9,768 bases of DNA from Candidatus Wukongarchaeum yapensis (lineage in GTDB: Archaea > Asgardarchaeota > Wukongarchaeia > Wukongarchaeales > Wukongarchaeaceae): contig JAEOSI010000068.1 of NCBI GenBank assembly GCA_016840425.1, forward strand, positions 1 through 9,768, given 5' to 3'. Positions 1 through 6,101 of the stretch are shown piece by piece. A program made the position numbers and the translations under genes. The first letter of the stretch is position 1. The number at the start of each line of letters is the position of its first letter. The notes beneath the pieces were generated by a model. That model was not told the DNA's origin. It searched no databases and saw nothing but the letters and a program-made list of their open reading frames with translations.

Positions 1-207
1 GGGGGAGAACTTAATTGGAGTATGATTAAAAGCGGTTTAGTAGATGAGATAAGATTAACGATTGCACCAAGAATTCTTGGAGGAAATAAAGCGATAAGCT
101 TGGTTAGTGGCGCAGGGTTTCAAATGATAGATGAAGCGCCGAATCTTTCTTTAATAGATGTTAAAAAAGAGGGAGATTATGTGATTCTAACATATAAGCG
201 GATATAA
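1..207 (+). CDS. arfC: 3' end (5'-truncated by window) of 2,5-diamino-6-ribosylamino-4(3H)-pyrimidinone 5'-phosphate reductase, RibD_C family, archaeal riboflavin pathway
   Basis: The frame is open from base 1: GGELNWSMIKSGLVDEIRLTIAPRILGGNKAISLVSGAGF. This matches the RibD_C C-terminal signature (EGG)GxLNW...GLVDE....IAP.I.GG, including the LNW typical of the archaeal MJ0671-type reductase. The ATG at 22 in the ORF track is internal. Stop TAA at 205-207. Confidence 0.85.
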   Translation, partial: GGELNWSMIKSGLVDEIRLTIAPRILGGNKAISLVSGAGFQMIDEAPNLSLIDVKKEGDYVILTYKRI

Positions 208-218
208 TACTGTTATTT

Positions 219-731
219 TTAATCTATGAGAACGATCGAGTACCAGTTTTGTTCTTCAGTTTTATCTTTTAGTGTTTTTATGTAGAATCCTTGTTTTTTG
301 ACTGTTTCAAAGATGTTGATACCTAAGCTTGAAGGTGATGGTCTAGCCTTTTCTGGGTGGGGGCAGGGTTCTGGATATTTGCATGGTTCGCAAAGGGTAC
401 AATTGGCGATAGAAAATGCTAGGACATATCCGTCTAAGAATGCTTTTCTTTCAACTTCAAAAGCGATTCTTTGGTTGTCTTTATATGTATATGCATGGAT
501 TATCAAGGCCCAGTCATAGCAGGTTAGAAATCTTTCTTTGAAAATCCAGGGAGTTATGTCATGTTGGCGTGGGCACATCCAGTGGGTAAAGTAAAATGGA
601 CAGCCAAACCTGCATTTGAGCCTGATTCTATTATCAACTATTACGGCGGAAGCAGGGATTATTTCCGCGTTAACTGCTCCTTTCTCTTTTGCAAAATCTT
701 CATATTTCAAAAACTCGCTTATCGAAGCCAT
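219..731 (-). CDS. DUF2284-like Cys-rich predicted metal-binding protein (170 aa)
   Basis: Two Cys clusters: C40-x3-C44-x8-C53 (KCRFGCPFYFTHWMCP) and C111-x2-C114-x2-C117-x5-C123 (CTLCEPCKYPEPCPHP). These are followed by ARPSPSSLGINIF, matching the DUF2284 pattern P..ARPS...GI.V as recalled. Confidence 0.8.
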   Translation of the reverse strand: MASISEFLKYEDFAKEKGAVNAEIIPASAVIVDNRIRLKCRFGCPFYFTHWMCPRQHDITPWIFKERFLTCYDWALIIHAYTYKDNQRIAFEVERKAFLDGYVLAFSIANCTLCEPCKYPEPCPHPEKARPSPSSLGINIFETVKKQGFYIKTLKDKTEEQNWYSIVLID

Positions 732-762
732 TTTCAGCTCTTTAATTTTCTTTCCGGTCTTT

Positions 763-780
763 TTTTAAAATGTTTTAAAA
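763..780 (-). promoter_or_regulatory. Two tandem TTTTAAAA TATA-like boxes upstream of the DUF2284 gene
   Basis: TTTTAAAA at 763-770 and 773-780 (10-bp period), 32-49 nt upstream of the ATG at 731. The spacing is compatible with an archaeal TATA box, but the AT-rich background weakens the call. Confidence 0.35.
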
Positions 781-819
781 TTAGAATTTAAAAAATGATC
801 CATTTTCGCGTTTTTGTTT

Positions 820-1614
820 TTAAAACATTTTTGGGGCCTGAAATTTTGAAATGATATGGTTAGTAATAGCTTCTACAGATAGTTTTAGGAGGCTTTCACC
901 TTTTTCGGCTGATGATTGTTCTATGTTTGATGCAAGTACGCCGCTTTCACTTAGTAATGTCCAGGGGAGGTCGTCTAAATTATCTATAACGCGGTCATCC
1001 CACTCGTTTACAGCTAAGTTCAAACGTACTAATTCTGGTCGAAGGTGTAATATGAGGGAGGTTTCAATAGCGCCAGCGTGAAGATCTTTTTTACCGAAAA
1101 GTTCTACAAACTGTTCCCTAAGGAATTTCCAAGGGTTAAGAAACTCGACTTCGAGCTTTTCTTTTTCTTCTATTCCGTTTTCTTCTAAAGTGTACTTTCT
1201 AGCAGACTTTATGGTAGCTTCATATTTTTTGAAAACTGGGACATTGCCGCCGTGCCAGTAAACGACTCCGAGATATTTTACACCACTTTGTTCAAGAGAT
1301 TGAAAGATATCAGCAAGCAAAATAAGCAAAGTTGTCGACCTAAGAGAGATGGTTCCTGGAACGCCTAAATGCTCTTTAGAACAACTGTATGGTAGGATGG
1401 GTAAAAGGTAGGCGTCTATTTGTTCGCTAACTTTCTTCGCTATTTCTTCAGCGATTATTAGGTCTGTAGCAAGGGGCAGATGAGGTCCGTGTTGCTCGAT
1501 CGATCCTACAGGCAATATAGCTGTTTTAGACTCGATTTTTTCAAGATCATACCATGTTTGAGTTTCCCAAAGCTTCAAACTCGATTTGCCTCCTTTATTT
1601 TTTGAAATTAACAT
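820..1614 (-). CDS. Creatininase-family amidohydrolase (creatinine amidohydrolase / ArfB / MftE superfamily); the real start may be TTG at 1578
   Basis: Family metal-binding motifs are all present: GSIEQHGPHLPLATD, EHLGVPGT, HGGN, DLHAGAIETS, and C-terminal SESGV...SAEKG. A GGAGG lies 10 nt before an in-frame TTG at 1578. Confidence 0.9.
   Translation of the reverse strand: MLISKNKGGKSSLKLWETQTWYDLEKIESKTAILPVGSIEQHGPHLPLATDLIIAEEIAKKVSEQIDAYLLPILPYSCSKEHLGVPGTISLRSTTLLILLADIFQSLEQSGVKYLGVVYWHGGNVPVFKKYEATIKSARKYTLEENGIEEKEKLEVEFLNPWKFLREQFVELFGKKDLHAGAIETSLILHLRPELVRLNLAVNEWDDRVIDNLDDLPWTLLSESGVLASNIEQSSAEKGESLLKLSVEAITNHIISKFQAPKMF
1589..1593 (-). promoter_or_regulatory. Shine-Dalgarno GGAGG for an alternative TTG start (1578) of the creatininase-family gene
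   Basis: The minus strand reads AAAGGAGG-caaatcgagt-TTG AAG CTT TGG. The TTG is in frame (36 nt downstream of the ATG at 1614) and removes a low-complexity MLISKNKGGKSS leader. Confidence 0.5.
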
Positions 1615-1619
1615 GTTTT

Positions 1620-3248
1620 TTAAGCTTTATGCTTGACATGAGTTATAACGCCGATTCCTTTAGTTCGCCCTTCACGGAAAACAAACCGCATACCAGGCAC
1701 AATATATTCTGGTCTACAGATGAACTGGAAAAGTATCGTAGAGCGATCTCCTGTCCTTAGATATTTTTTATTCATCCACAAAATGCGGGCTGTTTGTTTT
1801 ATTGTGTGGCTGTGAATAACTGCTTGATAGCCGGTCTTGATTGTGGTTTTATGGTAAAGTATCATGCATTTTGCTTCAAATTCTCTGACCGCTTCTGGGC
1901 CTAATTCTTGGCTTACTAGTACCTGCCCTTTCCTAACCTCTTCTCTTTTAATTTTGTGGAGGGCAAAGGCAGCGGTTTGACCTGCAATCACCCGTCTTAC
2001 TGGGGTACGTTTATAGTGGATTGATTTGACGCGTACTTTCCTAAAATCACCGTCATCAAAGGGTCCGAGAAGTATTTGTTGGTTTACTTCTAGGGCTCCT
2101 GAAAGCACTGTGCCGGCCACAACTGTTCCTACACCAGTCACGGAAAATACTTCATCAATAAAGGTTGAAAAGGGTTGGTCCATCTTCTCTTTGAAGTCTC
2201 TTACCTTAGGGAGAAGGTTAAAAAAAGATTTTAGGAGGTCTAGACCTTCTCCTGTTGTGTTGCTTGCGAGGAAAACGGGAACGATTCTATATCTTGCCCC
2301 AGTAAACATGCTTTTAGCGCAAACAACTGCATCATCCACATCCCTGACTATTACAGGAATCTTATCCACGCCTGGTAACTTTAAGAGGCGCTGTAAATCT
2401 TCAATAACTTTATTGAGAACCTCTTTTGGTGCAAGATCTATCTTTGTGATTACGGCGAATATTGGGTAACCCAAAGCAAGGGCTACGCCTAAGTGTTCCT
2501 TGGTCATGGGAAGGACTCCCGCGTTACCCGCCACCACAAGCATGGCGTAGTCTGACGAATAGCCTACTAAACCAAAAATAGTTGTTCTTAAGTATTTTTC
2601 ATGGCCTGCAAGATCGATGAAGTTTATTATTTTTGATGAATGGGCAAGGATTTCAGCGTCTCCAGGGGGGGATGGGGGTAGGTAGTTTACAATCTCTCCT
2701 CCTTCGTCAAAGCCTAGAATTCTCGTGGAGATTGAAGATGTTCTACCGGATAGGAGTTCGTGTTTATGCCTGAATAGGAGAGTTCTTGCAGATCCATTGC
2801 CATCGTCAAGTTTCCCGCTTATCAGGACTCCTGCAAGGGTGGATTTTCCAGAGTCCACGTTGCCGATTTGAGCAATATTTATATCTATTGGGAAGCTTTC
2901 TTCATGGAAACGCCTGACTAGGATTTCAGCGATTTTTCCCTTACGGCCTTCCCCCACCCTTATAACGGTTAGCTGAGCTTTTATTTTTTCAGCCATCAGT
3001 TTTAGGACTTCGAGACTTTTTTCAAGCTCTTCCTCAGATATTCCTAACGGTTCCCCATCGTCAGTAACACCTAAGACGTAAACAGCTTCACCTTCCCCTT
3101 CATTTATCCTGTAATTCATTTGGGTGGCAAGGCTTTCAAGCTTTTCCTCACTAATATAACGTACAGGAGTTAGCTTAAGCTTGTATTCTAGGTTTCCTGT
3201 CTCTTTTTCTTTTACGCCTATACTGTTTTCAATATCAGGGAAACTCAA
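1620..3248 (-). CDS. GTPBP1: GTPBP1/GTPBP2-family translational GTPase (archaeal aGTPBP; EF-Tu/eEF1A-like G, II and III domains plus an N-terminal AlbA_2/Schlafen-like domain), TTG start
   Basis: G1 GNVDSGKST, G2 region SGRTSSIS, G3 DLAGHEKY, G4 TKID. Family-specific segments: GNLEYKLKL, LATQMNYRINEGEGEAVYVLGV, LFRHKHE, DDAV, GPFDDG, LRTGDRS and the C-terminal FVFREGRTKGIGVIT. Confidence 0.95.
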   Translation of the reverse strand: MSFPDIENSIGVKEKETGNLEYKLKLTPVRYISEEKLESLATQMNYRINEGEGEAVYVLGVTDDGEPLGISEEELEKSLEVLKLMAEKIKAQLTVIRVGEGRKGKIAEILVRRFHEESFPIDINIAQIGNVDSGKSTLAGVLISGKLDDGNGSARTLLFRHKHELLSGRTSSISTRILGFDEGGEIVNYLPPSPPGDAEILAHSSKIINFIDLAGHEKYLRTTIFGLVGYSSDYAMLVVAGNAGVLPMTKEHLGVALALGYPIFAVITKIDLAPKEVLNKVIEDLQRLLKLPGVDKIPVIVRDVDDAVVCAKSMFTGARYRIVPVFLASNTTGEGLDLLKSFFNLLPKVRDFKEKMDQPFSTFIDEVFSVTGVGTVVAGTVLSGALEVNQQILLGPFDDGDFRKVRVKSIHYKRTPVRRVIAGQTAAFALHKIKREEVRKGQVLVSQELGPEAVREFEAKCMILYHKTTIKTGYQAVIHSHTIKQTARILWMNKKYLRTGDRSTILFQFICRPEYIVPGMRFVFREGRTKGIGVITHVKHKA

Positions 3249-3276
3249 TCTTAAGGCCTACCAACCCATAAATATC

Positions 3277-3355
3277 TAAAAAAAAGTGCAATATCCTTTT
3301 AAAAGATACTGTTTAATAAAACAAAGAGCAATATCCTTTTAAAAGATACTGTTTA
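3277..3355. repeat. 40-bp-period tandem duplication in the divergent intergenic region
   Basis: 3277-3315 TAAAAAAAAGTGCAATATCCTTTTAAAAGATACTGTTTA versus 3317-3355 TAAAACAAAGAGCAATATCCTTTTAAAAGATACTGTTTA: 37 of 39 positions identical. The 28-bp core is exact (3288-3315 = 3328-3355). Each copy contains the perfect palindrome CTTTTAAAAG (3296-3305, 3336-3345). Confidence 0.95.
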
Positions 3356-3405
3356 TTTTTACATCAAGACAAAACCACTTCAAGGGTATATGACGGGGTA
3401 TAGTC

Positions 3406-3900
3406 ATGCCTGATAAGATGAACGGTGAGATCGTTTGGAACAAATTTAAAGAAGTGAAAAAGCGTGTTGCAAAACTTAGGGAGGAGAAGGATTATCTTGT
3501 GTTTTATAAAGCGCTTAAAATTGCGAAGGAACGAGAAGAAAAACTGTTAAGCCAAGAGGAAGAAAAAGGTTTCTCGGAAGCCCTAGAAGAGACGGGAGGA
3601 GAAAAGTTGACGGAAGATATGGACGATAATTTCAAAAAGATCTTTGAAACGGTTAAAGAACGCGATGAAAACGTTATAAGTATCATGATGGAAAAAATAC
3701 CACGTGTAATCCAAGAAACGGGAGAAATTGAGGATAAAAGATATAAAATAATTGATCTAAAAAGCTATTCTCCTTTTGTTAAAGGATTAGCCTTTGCAAA
3801 AGAAAGGGAAAGACGACAAGAAAACTACATAAAAATAAAAAAGAAGGAAAAAAGGCATGAAGTACCTTTAAAATTAAAAACAAAGAAAGAGCCTTTTTAG
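3406..3900 (+). CDS. Hypothetical highly charged, predicted helical protein (164 aa) with three internal repeats and a Lys-rich tail
   Basis: It fills an otherwise empty ~500-bp gap, starts with ATG and has the K/E-rich composition of the neighbouring soluble proteins. A recurring F.K.[LF]..[AV]KER[ED] motif at aa 33, 76 and 124 argues for a real protein. No family recognised. Confidence 0.75.
   Translation: MPDKMNGEIVWNKFKEVKKRVAKLREEKDYLVFYKALKIAKEREEKLLSQEEEKGFSEALEETGGEKLTEDMDDNFKKIFETVKERDENVISIMMEKIPRVIQETGEIEDKRYKIIDLKSYSPFVKGLAFAKERERRQENYIKIKKKEKRHEVPLKLKTKKEPF
3831..3853 (-). terminator. Candidate oligo(T) archaeal terminator for the HAD gene, embedded in the 3' end of the opposite-strand ORF
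   Basis: The minus strand reads TTTTTTCCTTCTTTTTTATTTTT, 44-66 nt downstream of the HAD stop (3897-3899). There is no intergenic space, because the two genes overlap by 4 bp. Confidence 0.35.
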
Positions 3901-4697
3901 TCCTTCATGAGGTCTGCTATGGAATTAAGCACGAGGTTAGGTTTTGTTTCATTTATTAGATGTTCTTCACTCTTACCTGTGCCTGTTCTAACAAAAACTG
4001 TGAAAATTCCAGCTGCTTTACCTGCTTTTATATCGGTTGTAATTCTATCTCCAACACACACCGCTTCTTCAGGTTTTATACCTGCTTTTTCTAAACCTAA
4101 ACGGATTAGGAACGGATTTGGCTTTCCAATAACTGTTAAAGCCTTTCTTCCTGAACATATTTCAACAGCCGAAACTAAAGCACCCGCCCCTGGTATAGGA
4201 AATTTTTCAGTGACTAAAAAAGGATCATCGTTGGTAGCAAGGAGTTCTGCGCCATTATAAAGATGTTTTAAAGCGGTGGATAATTTTGAATAATTAAAAC
4301 CCTTATCTAAGCCCACAACAACAAAATCAACAGATTTATTATCCTCCTCATCAACCACTTTTAAACCCGCATTTGAAAGCTCTTCTTTTAGACCGGATTC
4401 ACCGATCACGAAGACACGATTAGCTCTTTTTTCTTTAAGATAAAGGGCAGCTCCATAAGCGCTAGTGAGCACTTCATCAAGCCTAAACTTTTCCCCAAAC
4501 AATTTTTGAAGCTTTTCAACATAAGAAACACGACTTTTAGTAGAATTATTTGTAAGCAAAAAACAAAACAAGCCACGTTCACGTAAAAACTTGATAACTC
4601 GACTAGCACCGTGAATAGGCCGATTACCCATCCATAAAACCCCGTCACCATCAAGGAAAAACAAATTTTTATCCCGAAGAGGCTCAATCAACTCCAA
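3897..4697 (-). CDS. HAD-superfamily subfamily IIA phosphatase (NagD / Pho13 / phosphoglycolate phosphatase-like), TTG start
   Basis: Motif I DGDGVLW, motif II LTNNSTKSR, cap-region VVVGLD and ATNDD..PGAG, motif III GKP, motif IV GDRITTDI, then VRTG. Substrate not determinable from sequence. Confidence 0.92.
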   Translation of the reverse strand: MELIEPLRDKNLFFLDGDGVLWMGNRPIHGASRVIKFLRERGLFCFLLTNNSTKSRVSYVEKLQKLFGEKFRLDEVLTSAYGAALYLKEKRANRVFVIGESGLKEELSNAGLKVVDEEDNKSVDFVVVGLDKGFNYSKLSTALKHLYNGAELLATNDDPFLVTEKFPIPGAGALVSAVEICSGRKALTVIGKPNPFLIRLGLEKAGIKPEEAVCVGDRITTDIKAGKAAGIFTVFVRTGTGKSEEHLINETKPNLVLNSIADLMKD

Positions 4698-4705
4698 TTA
4701 GAAAA

Positions 4706-4710
4706 TCCTC
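4706..4710 (-). promoter_or_regulatory. Shine-Dalgarno GAGGA upstream of the HAD TTG start
   Basis: The minus strand reads TAGAGGA-ttttctaa-TTG, an 8-nt spacer. Confidence 0.5.
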
Positions 4711-4754
4711 TAAACCGTTTTTTTCCGCTTAATGTATATTTTTTTACAATAATC

Positions 4755-4762
4755 TATAAATA
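4755..4762 (+). promoter_or_regulatory. TATA-like box TATAAATA in the 79-bp divergent HAD / GT-C intergenic region
   Basis: TATAAATA at 4755-4762. It is rather close to the ATG at 4777 and better spaced for a leaderless start at the in-frame GTG at 4786. Confidence 0.35.
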
Positions 4763-4776
4763 TCCTGATTTTTAAA

Positions 4777-6045
4777 ATGAATGGCGTGATTAATCTTCCA
4801 TTTTTTTCACAATTTAAACGAAATAGACAATTAGAGCTCATTATATTCGTCTCTGTAATCATACATGCTATACTTCTCTTATTCGATCTTTTCATGACTC
4901 ACATTTTTAACAAGGAGACTTTATCTGGTGTAACTTTTGGATTAATGACAGATAGAGCTCCCGATATAGAAGTTTACGAGGCTCGTTCTAAGACGATTTT
5001 AGAAGGAGGAGTTTTGTATCGTGACGTTTATACTGAGAATCCGCCTTTAATCCAATACTTATTAGTTTTACCATATGTGGCTGGTGGGAGCATTTTCGCT
5101 TATCAAATCTACTTTTCAGCTTTTAACATACTTTCAGCGATCCTAATCTACAAATTCCCTTTAACCGAGGATAAAAAGTTGGAGTTTTACGCCAGTTTAC
5201 TCTTTATTACAAATCCGCTAACTCCCATTGTTGCCGTACTTAAAGTAACGGACGAACCTGTTTGTGTGTTTTTCTTTTTACTCCCTATCTATTTTCTTTT
5301 AAAACATAGATTACGATTAGCAAGCCTATTTTTAGCGATAGGATTTCTCGTAAAATTTTTCCCGATATTGCTATTACCGATACTCCTCAAAGAGGAAAAG
5401 AAATGGCTTGAAAGACTGATTTTACTGGGAATTACTTCCGTTACGATAGTCTTAATATATTTACCCTTTTACCTCATCGCTCCAGACGAAGTAATGCACC
5501 CAATAAGAAGGTATTTTATAAACCAAAAAGTTGAAGGTAGTGGTCTCTATACAATCATTGTTCATGATGCCGATATTAGCTTGCCAGACATCACAAAAAG
5601 GCTATTAATCATCCCAATAGTCCTTACATACGGTTTTGTCTTTAAAAGAAACTACGATCCTCTCAAGTCAATTGCTATTATAATAATAGTCTTTCTCATG
5701 GTATACACAAAAGTACACTTTGAATATTACTTATATGCGATCGCTCCAATCTCTTTCTATGTCGTGGAACCATCAATTAAAATAGCATCTTACTATGTTT
5801 ACGGTCTAATAGCATTAAGAACCCACGAATGGCGACACGACTCCTTACCCCTAGTTCTAGTACATGTAATTATCCTTGTATTAATCAGCATATTTCTAAT
5901 CATAACAATAATCAATACAAAAGAAGAAAAAGAGGCAGAAATAGATACTGGTAAGATGGTCGAATTCTACCGATACATAGTACTGATTTTAGTTGCATTT
6001 TTCATGTCTCAATGGGTATTCGTGAGGTTATGTGACTATTACTAA
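4777..6045 (+). CDS. Multi-pass membrane GT-C glycosyltransferase, GT87 (DUF2029) / PIG-M-like, copy 1
   Basis: After the first TM helix comes PDIEVY...ILEGGVLYRDVYTENPPL (D..VY, G..Y, PP). Later motifs are TNPL, VTDE, FLAIGFLVKFFP and VYTKVHFEYY. Many hydrophobic segments. Confidence 0.8.
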   Translation: MNGVINLPFFSQFKRNRQLELIIFVSVIIHAILLLFDLFMTHIFNKETLSGVTFGLMTDRAPDIEVYEARSKTILEGGVLYRDVYTENPPLIQYLLVLPYVAGGSIFAYQIYFSAFNILSAILIYKFPLTEDKKLEFYASLLFITNPLTPIVAVLKVTDEPVCVFFFLLPIYFLLKHRLRLASLFLAIGFLVKFFPILLLPILLKEEKKWLERLILLGITSVTIVLIYLPFYLIAPDEVMHPIRRYFINQKVEGSGLYTIIVHDADISLPDITKRLLIIPIVLTYGFVFKRNYDPLKSIAIIIIVFLMVYTKVHFEYYLYAIAPISFYVVEPSIKIASYYVYGLIALRTHEWRHDSLPLVLVHVIILVLISIFLIITIINTKEEKEAEIDTGKMVEFYRYIVLILVAFFMSQWVFVRLCDYY

Positions 6046-6076
6046 AACTTCGCTCTAATGAAAGAGTTCAAATCGC

Positions 6077-6091
6077 TTTTTTACCCCTTTT
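6077..6091 (+). terminator. Candidate oligo(T) terminator between convergent GT-C genes
   Basis: TTTTTTACCCCTTTT lies 32-46 nt after the stop at 6045, within a 56-bp convergent gap. Confidence 0.35.
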
Positions 6092-6101
6092 CAGAATCAA
6101 G

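Noticed and set aside
820-1614. Naming the creatininase-family gene arfB
   Set aside because: Its EQHGPHLP and HAGxxETS motifs are the canonical creatininase type, and it is convergent with the arfC-like gene rather than in its operon. Kept only as a hypothesis.
298-1760. Short plus-strand ORFs 298-519, 561-791, 851-1081 and 1554-1760
   Set aside because: All lie largely or wholly antisense to well-supported genes and show no motifs or RBS.
2026-2469. 147-aa plus-strand ORF
   Set aside because: It lies wholly antisense to the conserved GTPase, has no recognisable motifs, and has the S/T/P/R-rich composition of a shadow ORF.
2665-2682. G-rich patch GGGGGGGATGGGGGTAGG as a G-quadruplex
   Set aside because: It is explained by the Pro-rich LPPSPPG codons on the coding strand, and it has only two long G-runs.
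1620-3248. Calling the GTPase EF-1alpha/EF-Tu, SelB or aIF2-gamma
   Set aside because: The N-terminal EYKLKL domain, FRHKHE..SGRTSS and FREGRTKGIG are GTPBP1/2-specific, and the length is 542 aa.
3277-3355. The direct repeat as a minimal CRISPR array
   Set aside because: There are only two copies, and the 12 nt between the 28-bp cores is far too short for a spacer. That segment is itself mostly duplicated. No cas genes are in the window.
3390-3407. ATGAC-N8-GTCAT mini-hairpin over the ORF start, and the GGGTATA doublet at 3384 and 3396
   Set aside because: A 5-bp stem and a 7-mer pair are too short to distinguish from chance without comparative data.
3504-4895. ORFs 3504-3686 (-), 3907-4260 (+), 4406-4687 (alternative frame) and 4710-4895 (-)
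   Set aside because: They overlap better-supported CDSs or divergent promoter DNA and have no family features.
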